DNA of 51,820 nt from Octopus sinensis (Eukaryota): contig NW_021834214.1 in NCBI RefSeq assembly GCF_006345805.1, positions 1-51,820 of the forward strand, written 5' to 3'. The notes beneath the pieces are model-generated. The model worked only from the letters and a program-made list of their open reading frames with translations, was not told the DNA's origin and ran no database searches. This document shows, in pieces, positions 38,624-51,589 of the stretch. Position 1 is the first letter of the stretch. Each line of letters begins with the position of its first letter. The translations under genes and the position numbers were made by a program.

Positions 38624-39045
38624 GGCGGCGAGCTGGGAGAAGCGTTAGCACGCCGGGCGAAATGCTTTGCGGTATTTCGTCTGCCGTTACGTTCTGAGTT
38701 CAAATTCCGCCGAGGTCGACTTTGCCTTTCATCCTTTTGGGGTCGATAAATTAAGCACCAGTTACGCACTGGGGTCGATGTAATCGACTTAATACCTATG
38801 TCTGTCCTTGTTTGTCCCCTCTGTGTTTAGCCCCTCGTGGGTAATAAAGAAATAGGTATTTCGTCTGCCGTTACGTTCTGAGTTCAAATTCCGCCGAGGC
38901 CGACTTTGCCTTTCATCCTTTTGGGGTCGATAAATTAAGCACCAATTACGCACTGGGGTCGATGTAATCGACTTAATACCGATGTCTGTCCTTGTTTGTC
39001 CCCTCTATGTTTAGCCCCTTGTGGGTAATAAAGAAATAGGTATTT
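38624..39045 (+). mobile_element. SINE family B, head plus two 184-bp body units
   Basis: The unit start ggtattt recurs at 38671, 38855 and 39039. Confidence 0.92.
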
Positions 39046-39083
39046 AATTTATCGACCACGAAATGTTGACAGGTAACGTCGAA

Positions 39084-40884
39084 CTAGATCGCATGACGTT
39101 TCGACGGTGACGGTTACAAACTAATCGCAGGTAGGTTTGGCCCCTCCAGTTGTTGATTTTGCATCACAGGGTACACGGTGGGATATCTGTTTCAACTAGA
39201 TATCAGTAGATTCAAATCCGCCAAACCCAGGTTTGATATATTCATCTTGTCTTCGAAGAATAACATATCTGAAGAATAAAAACATCTATTCTCCTTCCTA
39301 TATTCCTTGTCAGCATAAAGCTAAAAGGATTTATAATATGCGAATTTAACGTAGGGACAGACGAAGGAAATTATTAATAATGATGCTTCGTGAATACTGG
39401 CATATGTATGCTTGTGTTTTCATAGAGGTGCTTTCTAATTATGTCCATCTACACAAATCACAGAAGCCTTCTTATTTTTTATCACCAATTTTCCCTACAG
39501 CCTTCTTGGCAGACGTGAGCGTAAGACATTTGGAGATAACTGATGCAATAAATATTACAGTTACATCTTGGAAGTGTTTGGAACTGTTGATAACAAACTA
39601 AGAACTTAAGTATTTGATTTTAGAATGTGGTGAACATGAGATAATAAAATAAATTTTACGGCTAACAAAAACAATGCTTTTAAAGTTTGGTACAAGTCAG
39701 CAAATTTAGTGAGGAAGGAGAGGCTGAGTGTATTTTATTCAACGAACCGATCATTCTAGCTCGACGCCTTACGGCCAAATAAATATGTTAACAAAAGATT
39801 AGGTGCCATTTAGTGCCTATACAAATGACAGAAATAGGTAATATAGTAGTTTGATTAATTAAATGTGGCACATACTGTCAGAAGTAATTTGGGCTTTGTT
39901 CATAAAAGAATGATGTAGTAAATGTTGACAAAGGGATTCATTTAAAACAAAAGAATATGTGAAACGAATTCTTTTCCAGTCTTTTCGCTTCACACTCAAT
40001 TTATTTGACTTTTAACTGTTGTCTTTCATCTTTTATTTGTCTCCGTCATAAGATTGCGGCTACGATGGGGCACTGCTTTAAATAATTTTTAGTCGAATGA
40101 ATCGATTATGGTACTTCTTTCAAAACCTAGTAATTATTATATCGATCACTGTTTGTATACCGCGAAGCTGCAGGAATGCAAACACACCAACACCGATTGC
40201 CAAGCTGTGGTGCGAGTCAAACACAAACACAAAGTAACACGCACATAAACACACATATTTACGACGAGCTTCCTTCAGTTTCCGTCTGAAAAATCCACTC
40301 ACAAGGCTTTGGTCGGCCCGAGCCTTAGTAGAAGCACTTGCTTACGGTTTTTCTTTCAGTTTCCGTCTACCAAATTCACGAGAATTTTGTCGGCCCGATC
40401 CTTGGTATAAGACACTTGCCCAAGGTGTCATGTAGTCAGATTTCACCCAGAACCAATCATGTGGTTGGGAAGCAAGCTTCCTACCACAAGGCCACTCCTT
40501 GCATCGTTCTCATAATTACAGACACAGCATATTCCTTCCAGAGTTAGGCCGACTTACATATAAATTTTACTTAGCAAATTACAAAAATTGTTTCCTCCTT
40601 GCCTGTTCTAGCGTGATTTTCGTATAATAAAAATCTTTATTAGCTCTATACTGACAAGGAATATAGGAAGGAGAATAGACGTTTGTTTTTATTCTTCAGA
40701 TATGTTATTCTTCGACGACAAGATGAATATATTAAAACCTGGTTTTGGAGGATTTGAATCTACTGATATCTAGTTGAAACAGATATCACACCGTGTACCC
40801 TGTGATGCAAAATCAACAACTAGAGGGGCCAAACCTACCACGATTAGTTCGTAACGGTTGCCGTCGAAACGTCATGCGATCTAG
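39084..40884. repeat. Long inverted repeat, arms ~39084-39344 and ~40618-40884 (possible foldback/TIR element)
   Basis: ctagatcgcatgacgtttcgacgg...tccttgtcagcat pairs with atactgacaagga...ccgtcgaaacgtcatgcgatctag, with high identity by eye. Confidence 0.85.
40095..40500 (-). mobile_element. Degenerate SINE family A with partial internal duplication
   Basis: ttcagtttccgtct occurs twice (about 40275 and 40356); head remnant gccactcct near 40491. Confidence 0.7.
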
Positions 40885-41363
40885 GACCCCGTAGTACCGA
40901 TTTCTTTCGCAAAATAATGATAGCGGCGGTCGGTCTTAGAAATGATCTCCGCGACATGAAGAGGCTACCACACCGAGTGTCGGTGGCCATCTTCCGCGGC
41001 CACGCCATCGAAGTTATTATCGTTGGGATTTGAGGCCCAGCAACCCTCAAGATATCCCTGGTCTCACGAGTAGCATGATAAGGAGAACGGAGATTTTTCA
41101 CATGCTATTACCTTCTCTTCGGAGACTAAGCAGTCTCCGGGACTGATTTGTCCCACTATTTTTCTCCATAAGTTTTGGTTACTCTCACCATCTTTCCTAA
41201 GTTTATATTAGTAAATAACATCTATGCCAACTCTACCAAACGGTACTCCATGCGCTTCTGTCTTCCATTTAATGCTAGTGTACATGTTATAAAGGATTGA
41301 AATATTGTATCCTGCATGAAGCTCTTGTTGAATAAAGCAAAAATATCAATTCTTCGAATCTGT
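40882..41363 (-). pseudogene. Coding-like decayed frame, tentatively an RTE-type LINE AP-endonuclease remnant
   Basis: About 160 codons with only 3 internal stops: RRIDIFCFIQQ...AGYNISILY...HGVPFGRVGIDVI...SPGDCLVSEEK...DNNFDGV. Weak resemblance to the APE motifs RR.IDI.C+QE / G+.+FY.G...GVG++ / P..GC..EEK. Confidence 0.3.
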
Positions 41364-41624
41364 TATTTCATCGACTCTCGATAAAAAATGTTGCAATAAT
41401 ACATAAGGAGCACTTGAAAAGCATAAAATTGGGTAGTAAAATATGACTGAAACTGCAACGTAAACATTACGAGCTTAGATGTCAGAACATAAATATAGAA
41501 ATACGCTCCTCCACAAATTAATGTTCTATCCGGGAAGGATACGGAGCTACAAATAAAGGTATAAGAGAAAGAAACAATGGATTTATTCGTATCAATCTGC
41601 CAAGTAAAATACATGTATATAATC

Positions 41625-42024
41625 TTTACTCTTTTACATGTTTCGGTTATTTGACGGCGGCCATGCTGGAGTAACGCCTTTAGTCGAGCACATTGACACC
41701 AGGACTTATTCTTTGTGAGCCTAGTACTTATTCTATCGGTCTCTTTCGCCGAACCTCTAAGTTACAGGGACGCAAACACATCAGCATCGGTTGTCAGGCG
41801 AGGTTGGGCGGAAAACAAAAAACACACACACACACACTTATATATATTATATATATATATACGACGGGTTTCTTTCAGTTTCCATTTACGAAGTCCACTC
41901 AAAAAGCTTTAGTCAGCAAGAGGTTATTGCAGAATACAATTACTAATCTCAGGTCCAAAGTAGTGGTACTGAACCCGGAACCATGTAGTTAGGAAACAAG
42001 CTTCTTACCACATAGCTACGCCTA
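41625..42024 (-). mobile_element. SINE family A, diverged
   Basis: Reverse complement of the family A consensus. Confidence 0.8.
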
Positions 42025-42554
42025 CACCTCTTTGCGTTTTATTTTTGAATCTTCGTCTTTAGGTAATTCCTGTACTTCTCTACAAACAGATATAGACATA
42101 AACATTTATCTCAATTTATTTTTTCTTCGAGAGACCCCTCACACACTTACTGCCATTTCCCAGATATGCACTAACGAAGAGAAACAAACGGAAAAAGAAA
42201 GAATGAAGGAATATGAGTTTCGTGAATAGAATCTACCATCTTCATATATTATTCGCTGTGACGTTAGAAACCATACATTTTCATACACGAAGAAAATATT
42301 GAAAATAAATGTAGCAGACGACAGCATGATAACCTCAAAGAAGTCTGAATCAGATACAAAATAAAATATACACCTACGCATGATCCACTGACATGAATAT
42401 CTCCACACCCCTCCCCGCAAATATATTTTCCATATACCTTTCTGAACACATTTATCAAAATATATTTCTTCATATTTCATATATTTTGTTGCATCAGCAT
42501 GCGTTAATATATTTTCCCTATATTTGTAAATTAAATCAGTGATTTTCTGATTTA

Positions 42555-42655
42555 TATATGCATGCATACATACACATATATATACATACATATATATATA
42601 TACATACATACATATATATACATACATACATATATATATACATACATACATATAC

Positions 42656-42694
<39 letters not shown>

Positions 42695-43289
42695 CATATA
42701 ATACATACATACATATACATACATACATACATATCCATACATACATACATATACATACATACATACATATCCATACATACATACATATAACATACTCATA
42801 TACATATACTATATAGACTACATACATATATATACATATACATATATACATACATACATATATACCTACATACATATATATCACATACTACTATATACAC
42901 ATACATACATATACATATATACCACATATAATACATATAATACATACATACATATATATACATACATACATACATATACATATATACATATCTATACATC
43001 CATACATATATGATATACATACATACATACATATACATACATACATATATATACATACATACATATATATACATACTACATACATATACATACATACTAT
43101 ACATACATACATATATATACATACATACATATATATACATACTACATATATATACATACATATATATATACATACATACATACATATATATACATACATA
43201 CATATATATATACATACATACATATATATACATACATACATATAATATAATACATATATATATATACATACATATATAATATACATACA

Positions 43290-43329
<40 letters not shown>

Positions 43330-43535
43330 CATACATACATACATATATACATAATATATATATACATACATACATATATACATACATACATACATACATA
43401 TATATACATACATACATACATATAAACATACATACATACATACATACATATATACAACATACAATATACATACATACATACATATACATACATACATACA
43501 TACATAATACATACATACATATATACATACATACA
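42555..43535. repeat. ~1-kb (ATAC)n/(TA)n microsatellite
   Basis: Directly visible. Confidence 0.95.
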
Positions 43536-43641
43536 TATTTCTGTAAATGTAATTTGTTACAATTATCCGGTAGCCATAATAAAACACCGAGTTTCGGATG
43601 TCGGGTGGCAATCTACGCCGCCATCTCTCTCTCTATCTCTG

Positions 43642-43695
<54 letters not shown>

Positions 43696-44011
43696 TATAA
43701 CCTCGGGCCGAACAGAGCCTTGTGAGTGGATTTGGTAGACGAAACTGAAAGAATCCCGTCGTATATATGTACATATATACATATATATACATTTGTGTGT
43801 GTGTGTGTGTGTGTGTTTCTCTGTGTTTGTCCCTCTAATATCGCTTGACAACAGATGCTGGTATGTCTACGTCCCCGTAACCTAGCGGTTCGGCAAAACG
43901 ACCGATAGAATAAGTAGTAGGCTTCCAAAGAATAAGTTCTGGGGTCGATTTGCTCGACGAAAGCTGGTGCTCTAGCATGGCAGCAGTCAAATTACTGAAA
44001 CAAGTAAAAGA
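43696..44011 (+). mobile_element. SINE family A, 5'-truncated
   Basis: Starts at tataacctcgggccga and runs to the tail aagtaaaagag. Confidence 0.85.
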
Positions 44012-44109
44012 GAAAAAATATGTAACTATATATATACATATATGTATATATATACATATATGTATATATGTACATATATGTATATATGTACTTATGTACA
44101 TATATATTT

Positions 44110-44143
<34 letters not shown>

Positions 44144-44202
44144 GTGTACATATATATTATACATACATATATATATATATATATATGTGTACATATATAT
44201 TT

Positions 44203-44234
<32 letters not shown>

Positions 44235-44468
44235 GTACATATATATTTATACATACATATATATATATGTACATATATATTTATACATATATATATAACT
44301 TATGTATATATATATATATATAGTATATAGATATATGTCTATACCTTCATTGGTTAATATGTATGAGTGGTGTGTGGGTGTATGTTTGTGTGGGAGGGGT
44401 GTGTGGAAGAAAGTTTCTTTTCGTATGTGTGTGTCTCTATCCATATGTAATTAAATACATGTGTGTGC

Positions 44469-44508
<40 letters not shown>

Positions 44509-45184
44509 TAAAAAAGAGAAAGAGAAAGAGAGAGAGAGATGCACGCATGTAAATACAAGTATGTGCACGTGTCTGTTTTCGTGTGTGTGTGTGTGTGTAC
44601 GTTGTCTCTTGAACCGATATAATATGGCGGATGGTCGCGGAAAGTGTAACCGGATACGATGACTAGTAAGGTATAGGAAATAGAAGACAGGATGTTGGCG
44701 GATCGATATTGACTGGGGGACTGGTTCGGTATGTGGAAGTGGCTTTCTTCGTGATAGTTTGCGCTGGGGAGATGCACGTCTGCATGCGTTTCTGCTTTTG
44801 CTTTCTTTGTTATTGTATTATTGACTTTTGGCGCACTTGCTTTTTTTTTCCTAAGCAAGCCGAAGTATGTAGAAGCTTGTTTCTAATGCACGTGTGTTGA
44901 TACGACTTAGGAGTTGCTTCTGTCTGTGTGTATGGGATTGTGTTATTGGCTGATATAGAGATAGAACAGATATCTTTTAGTATAAGAATGTAGGAGTATG
45001 TGTTCCGTTCTGTGTTTAGAGAACAGTGAAAATGAATAGGCGTGTATATTGATGTGTTATTCTGTATCTTATTCTTTCTCTTTCACTCATGTACTCTCTG
45101 CTTATTCATACATACATACACACACAAACACAAAAAACATACGTATTTTTAAGTATAGAATATCTATAGACATATCGATATATA

Positions 45185-45499
45185 CAGGGGTTGGGAAAAA
45201 TAATGGAAACACCATAGCATCATAAATTTGAAATATTTATAAAACTGCCAAAAGATTGTTTATTTTTGATTTTTTGTGTTACTTTACTTACTTTACTTAC
45301 TTTTACTTGTTTCAGTCATTTGACTGTAGCCACGCTGGAGCACCGCCTTTAGTCGAGCAAATCGATCCCAGGACTTATTCTTTGTAAGCCCAGTACTTAT
45401 TCTATCGGTCTCTATTTGCCGAACCGCTAAGTGACGGGGACGTAAACACACCAGCATCGGTTGTCAAGCAATGCTAGGGGGACAAACACAGACACACAA

Positions 45500-45530
<31 letters not shown>

Positions 45531-46090
45531 CATATATACGACAGGCTTCTTTCAGTTTCCGTCTACCAAATCCACTCACAAGGCATTGGTCGGCCCGAGG
45601 CTATAGTAGAAGACACTTGCCCAAGGTTCCACGCAGTGGGACTGAACCCGGAACCATGTGGTTGGTTAGCAAGCTACTTACCACACAGCCACTCCTGCGC
45701 CTGTGTTATTAGTGTCGCTTAGTATGTTTTGCTAAAATTGCTGTTTCTGTTCATATATCATCAGAAAAGGTAATTAAAATTCATTAAAATGACAGATCTA
45801 TCAGACTTTCAAATATGTCAAATAATTGGTGCTCGTATGTCAGGCGCTAACGTAACGACAACAACTAAAATGTCTGGTGTATCTAGGAGTACTGTCTCAA
45901 ATGTAATGACAGCATTTGAGAAAGAGCGGAAACCTCCTCGTCGAAATATAACTCCGGGAGAAAGATAGGGATTATCACACAATAATCTCTATCTGAATTA
46001 TTGTCGGATTATTACACAAATTGTTAGAAAGAATCGCAAATAACTGCAGAGCTTAATGACCACCTCGAGAACCCAGTTTCCACAAAAACT
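45185..46090 (+). mobile_element. Tc1-like DNA transposon 5' part (TIR plus transposase N-terminus), interrupted by a SINE
   Basis: TA|CAGGGGTTGGGAAAAATAATGGAAACACC TIR. ATG at 45789: MTDLSDFQICQIIGARMSGANVTTTTKMSGVSRSTVSNVMTAF...ELNDHLENPVSTKT (Tc1 paired-like HTH), with stops and frameshifts. Confidence 0.9.
45282..45701 (-). mobile_element. SINE family A, full length, nested in the Tc1 element with a 7-bp TSD
   Basis: Flanking direct repeat tgtgtta at 45275-45281 and 45702-45708. Confidence 0.92.
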
Positions 46091-46568
46091 CTGTGTGTGT
46101 GTGCATGTATGTATGTGTGTGTGTGAATGTTTCTACATACAGTTCTTTATATATTGACTAATTCACAGTTTTTACACTCGCTTAACACACTTTGCTGCAA
46201 ACGAGAATCTGCAGAATTACACCTCAACGCAACGCACCGGTGCCTGTAAGATAACCGCTTCACATATTTACCAATATCGATTACTTTTGTGTAGTTTAAA
46301 CGTGCACATTGAGACGCACACATTCACCTTAATATGGACTCCATTAATGACACATGCATACAAAAACATATTCAAATTCAAGGCTTTGTTGTTCTTTCAT
46401 TTAAAAGCTTTCTGAATCTTGCAAATACAGACATACATACGTGGGTTTCTCTATTGCAGTACGTTATACGTCATTTTCATCCCTTTCTTTGAGACTCAGA
46501 CGATCAAACTGACGTCGACATATACATTTTCAAACGGACGCCATTTATGATACATGTAGATGCAAATA

Positions 46569-46948
46569 CACTTGCGTCAGAAATTAATTAGCACTTCTCA
46601 AATTTCTACATTAAATAGGTTAAATCAATTAACCTATGAGCTGTTCAAAACGTCTTACGCGATGAGAAAACTTAGTATGGTGTGATTTCGGTCCTTGCGA
46701 GGCGCTACCTATATCTATTAAACAAAGGAAGATTTGTCTGCATCCGCATTCCAAGTTGTTGTTGCACTGCTATGTCAACATCATAAGGCTGTAGACTCTC
46801 AAACTGCTCTGCAAACAAAGTTACGTCATCGTTCTGCGCAACAGTGAACTCGCAACAAAGCAATAGTTTGAGATATGGCCACTAGGTGACAGCACATACC
46901 TTGAGTGAAGAGCAAATCAAGGGTGCTAATTAATTTCTGACGGTAGTG
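46569..46948. mobile_element. 380-bp Tc1/mariner-type MITE or deletion derivative
   Basis: TA|CACTTGCGTCAGAAATTAATTAGCAC ... GTGCTAATTAATTTCTGACGGTAGTG|TA imperfect 26-bp TIRs. Confidence 0.85.
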
Positions 46949-47545
46949 TATGTTCAGAGTGAAATCAAATCTATTCTTTGAGTATAAATTTCTCTTTCTC
47001 TTGCACATAGAAGCATACCTCTTTCACTTGTCTACGTCAAGGTTTTCTGTGTCAGCGTGTTAATCTTCATTTTCACCAGCGATTAATTATGAGACTAAGA
47101 CAATCAGCAGACTAACACACACATAACGAGGAGGAGGAGGAGGAAAATACACCTATATGCTCGTATGCATGCAAACATCAGCATGTATACACACATACAC
47201 ATACACACACCTATACGCACATTTACACTAAAATGCAAAATTGCAAGGTGTTATTTCACGCTATATCCATGCGAGTATGTGTGTAATAATGTATGTGTGT
47301 ATGTGTGTGTATGTGTGTGCCTGTGACTGTATGTGTGTGCGATGTATGATGTGTGCGTGTGTGTGACCACGTGTGTATATGTGTGCGCGCGTGTGTGTTG
47401 TGTGTGCGTGTCCACGTGACTGTTTGTGTGTGATGCACGTGATGTGTGAGATCGTGAGTGTATGTAAGTGTTTGTGTGTGTGCGAGCATGTGCGTGTGTG
47501 ATGTATATAATGTGTATGTGCGTGTATTTGTGTGTAATGTCTGTG

Positions 47546-47583
<38 letters not shown>

Positions 47584-47831
47584 TAACAGGGGTTCAAATT
47601 ATTCTCAATGAGGAAATATATATTTTTTTTCATTTAGAGATAAAAAAATATTTTTTATTTTAAATAACTATTACTTTATAACTTGGCTACACGTGTTTCA
47701 TGAGGTACGTTTCCCAGTTCCTAACCCACTCCGTGTTTTGCTGGAACCTTTCTTAAAATGTAACCCCTATCATCAGGCCCTTATATATATATATATATAT
47801 GCGTGTGGGTGTGTGTGTGTGTGTGTGTATA

Positions 47832-47864
<33 letters not shown>

Positions 47865-48847
47865 GCACATATATACAAATATATATTCGTTTATATACTT
47901 ATACATATATATACATATATATTCATATATATAGTCATGTATATATATATATATGTATATGTGTGTTGTGTGTGTGTTGTGTGGTGTGTGTTTGCTCGTG
48001 CATGTATGTGTATAAATTCTAAAACTTAACCACTAGTACTTGAACCTGAAGAGTCCACAGTTTAATGCACGAAAGTACTAGTTCAATCAGAATGGACATT
48101 TAATATTCCATCATTCCAGTATATTATATTATCTTATATTATATTATTATAAGATTGTAAATACATCGTGAACATCAAAGCTGGAATCTTTTTGAGTAAT
48201 AACTTCTTCTATACATAATCATTCACAGACTTGTATATATATATATATATAATTGAAATATCTCGAAGCACTTTTCTGTTGCTGTGAGAGGAACTGTATT
48301 CGTCTTGAACCTATGATAATTGTAAAAAAGAAATTTAGAACTCACGAACTCTTTAACGATGCAGTCACGCCTGCGTCTAGAAAACAAATTTTATACAGAT
48401 GAAATTTCATGAAAAATAAAATAAAAAAAGCATTTTCTCCATCAGACGGCATTTTTCAAAGTACTAAATGTAAGAGATAATACATATTTTCTGGCCTGGC
48501 ATCCGAAGATATTATAAAAGAAAATTAATAATACCAGCGTTATTTTCCATTCTTTTGAAATTTTGTTTGGTACGATTGGAACTGTATGTAATATAGTACA
48601 CAACCCTCCTTTCAATTGTTAGATTGGATTCAAAAGGGCAAATGTTAATATTTCTCATGGGTCTTAACTCGGTCCCCTCAATTTTATAAACGTTTTATTT
48701 TTGTTACTCTTTATTTGGTATTACATCCCCCAATAAAAAATAAATAATAAGAAGTGACATAATGAGCAATATATAACCTGAGACAAATTAACCCTTCGAT
48801 ATCTGATTAGAAATTAAGGGGAATTACAAAATTTTATGGTGATTGCT

Positions 48848-48966
48848 GTGAGGCGCAAGGCCCAGTTGTTAGGGCAGCTGGCTCGCGGTCGGAGGATAAC
48901 GGTTTTGATTCCCAGACCGGGCGTTGTGTGTGTTTATTGAGCAAAAACACCTAAAAGCTCCAAGAG
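48848..48966 (+). mobile_element. SINE family C, 5' fragment
   Basis: gaggcgcaaggcccagttgttagggcag...cacctaaaagctcca. Confidence 0.8.
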
Positions 48967-49331
48967 GGTTAGGGTTAGATCACCCAACAACCCCTTACTT
49001 TACATCGAAAGCTGAATATCTGTGCTGAAATAAGGAGGGGATATTTGTAAATTCATTAATTTTTCCGAGTAAATAATTTGCCGTAAAATCATGAATAGAG
49101 AACGGCGATGAAATCAATCTATGGGCGTAAATGAATCGTTACTCGTCTGGGGACTCGGAATAATAACCTCAGAGACAATAGGGAGTCAGAGTCCCTGGGG
49201 GAGTTTGTCATTGTTACAACATCATTATGACAACTGCTGCGAGTATGATTTGTAGCAGCAGTACTGTATACATGGATCTATCATGAGGTGCAGAGGGGAG
49301 ATACGATGCATGGGAAAAAAGATTTCTCTTC

Positions 49332-49566
49332 ATACCTATTTCTTTTACTACCCACAAGGGGCTAAAGACAGAGGGGACAAACAAGGACTGACAAACGGAT
49401 AAAGTCGATTATATCGACCCCAGTGCGTAACTGGTATTTAATTTATCGACCTCGAAAGGATGAATGGCAAAGCCGACCTCGACGGAATTTGAACTCATGA
49501 CGTAGCGACAGACGAAATACCGCTAAGCATTTCGCCCGGTGTGCTAACGTTTCTACCAGCTCGCCG
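49332..49566 (-). mobile_element. SINE family B, monomer
   Basis: Reverse complement of the family B consensus. Confidence 0.9.
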
Positions 49567-49682
49567 ACTTTCTCTTCCATCCCATATCAAAGAACTTATA
49601 CTGGAGACACGGAAGCAGCCAATACACTGGAGACGACACTCTGACCTCACCTAATTGTCGACTTAACGCAGGGAGTAAAAGT

Positions 49683-50078
49683 TCATCATCATTGTTCGAC
49701 CATGGTCGAGACAATGGTATTTACTTTGCTACGCCAGACTTCACGGTCTATCATAGCCTGTATAGCTGGAGATTACATCAGGATAGGAGAGTGTGCGCCT
49801 CCTTGTATCGTGAGCAGATGGCTTCTAGAGAAGAAGAGTAGAAATTACCTCGTTTTCAGCTCTACAACAATGTCCAGCAAACTGGACTCTTCTACCTTTC
49901 ACAAGAGATGATACAGGTGGTAGTTTCCCATATATTTGTACTTTGGTTGGATGAAGCTTCCACGAGAGATTTTGAGCTCTCATAAGGAGGCGAGTGTAAG
50001 TTCCATCCAACCGCCTCTCAAGCTTCTTTGATAGCTCCCAGGTTTCTGAGCCATATGGTAGAATTGGTTCGACTGTAG
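49683..50078 (-). mobile_element. 5'-truncated RTE-clade LINE 3' end
   Basis: TVEPILPYGSETWELSKKLERRLDGTYTRLLMRAQNLSWKLHPTKVQIYGKLPPVSSLVKGRRVQFAGHCCRAENEVISTLLL* is the characteristic RTE/RTE-X RT C-terminus; ends in tgatgatga. Confidence 0.85.
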
Positions 50079-50282
50079 AATTGGTTACTGACTATAAAAG
50101 TTACTGACTATAGCTAATCGCTGTAACACAAACAGCATTACGACAGTTCGTAAGTACCACTTGTGTGGCAGAGAGTGAGATTCGTGCATCGGAATATTCA
50201 ACCACAGACAAGAGTGCTCAGCTGGGCGAAGAACTGGGGCATTCATTCATGGTCATTAATGACGTAGGCTCTTAGAATATTC

Positions 50283-50519
50283 TCTCTTTTTTTCTCTTTT
50301 ACTTCTTTCAGTCATTTGACTGCGGCCATGCTGGAGCACCGCCTTTAGTCGAGCAACTCGACCCCGGACTTATTCTTTTGTAAGCACAGTACTTATTCTA
50401 TCGGACTCTTTTGCCGAACCGCTAAGTGACGGGGACGTAAACACACCAGTATTGGTTGTTAAGCAATGCTAGGGGGACAAACACAGGCACACAAACATAC
50501 ACGCACACACACACACACA

Positions 50520-50552
<33 letters not shown>

Positions 50553-50711
50553 CGCTGGGCTTCTTTCAGTTTCCGTCTACCGAAACCACTCACAAGGCTT
50601 TGGTCGGCCCGAGGCTATAGTAGAAGACACTCGCCCAAGGTGCCACGCAGTGGGACTGAATCCGGAACCATGTGGTTCGTAAGCAAACTATTTACCGCAC
50701 AGCCACTCCTG
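50283..50711 (-). mobile_element. SINE family A, near full length
   Basis: Reverse complement of the family A consensus. Confidence 0.9.
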
Positions 50712-51589
50712 TATAAATATAGGATTTCTTCACAGTTTTCGTCTACCTAATTCATTCCCAAAGTGTTAAACATACAAGAACAAATATAGAAGACAAAGGA
50801 ACAAGCTGCCCGAAAATAGAACTGGGGTAAAACCCACATTGGGAAGAAGTGGACAAATATAACAGAAACAACTGCGCATAATTTTCACTAGTATACAAGA
50901 AAAATATAGACGTATTATTTAGGCTGGAAATAATTTTCGTTATGTTTTATCTTTTAATACATTGCTATATAAACTTTATTCAAGTTTTCAAAGGAGAGAT
51001 ACAATTTAAACAATAGATCAAGAACTAAAAACGAGCAGGTGTCTATTATTTGTCTGCTGCTATATGGTTCCTCCCCTTGCAGTGAAATACACACCAATTT
51101 TCTATGCTAGTGATTGAGAATAGTTTGGGTGGAAATCCAATACAGGCTTCGAAGTCGTCTCAATTGTTTTTACAGTGTACCTGGCAGCATAAGGAATTGT
51201 TTATTTAATAGATACTACAAAACTTTTACAAGTTAGTGGTAGACAGTTGACGCCGATCAAATATATTTTCTGCGTATTAAGACGAAAATATCCGACTTGC
51301 ATGTTGATTAATACACGAACATACACACACAGAGAGACACCCGCTTTCCCATATATATATACACGTAAAGATATACATAATCTTATCTATCTAGCTATCT
51401 ACGTGTCTGTCTGTTTAGGAAAATTGATAGCAATTTGCCTATCATTTGCTCTATCTATATGTCTATTTATCTATCTACCCATCAATGTTTATATAAGTAT
51501 ATAAACACTTACTAAATTATATATATATATATATAATGACAAATAGCGTACAATTATGTATTTGTACTCATACATAAAAATGATAATTA

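Noticed and set aside
42230-42364. Frame IIRCDVRNHTFSYTKKILKINV resembling an Ig G-strand
   Set aside because: Purine-rich acceptor, isolated, and ends in a stop; likely chance.
5974-44330. Long ORFs of 100-270 aa rich in Y/I/C/V/M/H/T or poly-L/poly-I
   Set aside because: They are translations of (TA)n, (CA)n, (ATAC)n and triplet microsatellites, which lack stops in several frames.
44615-44740. aatATGGCGG with CpG-rich context, as a possible gene start
   Set aside because: The ORF stops after 12 codons and there is no further support.
1730-50711. tRNA genes at SINE heads
   Set aside because: A/B-box-like heads continue into SINE bodies, and no complete cloverleaf could be folded.
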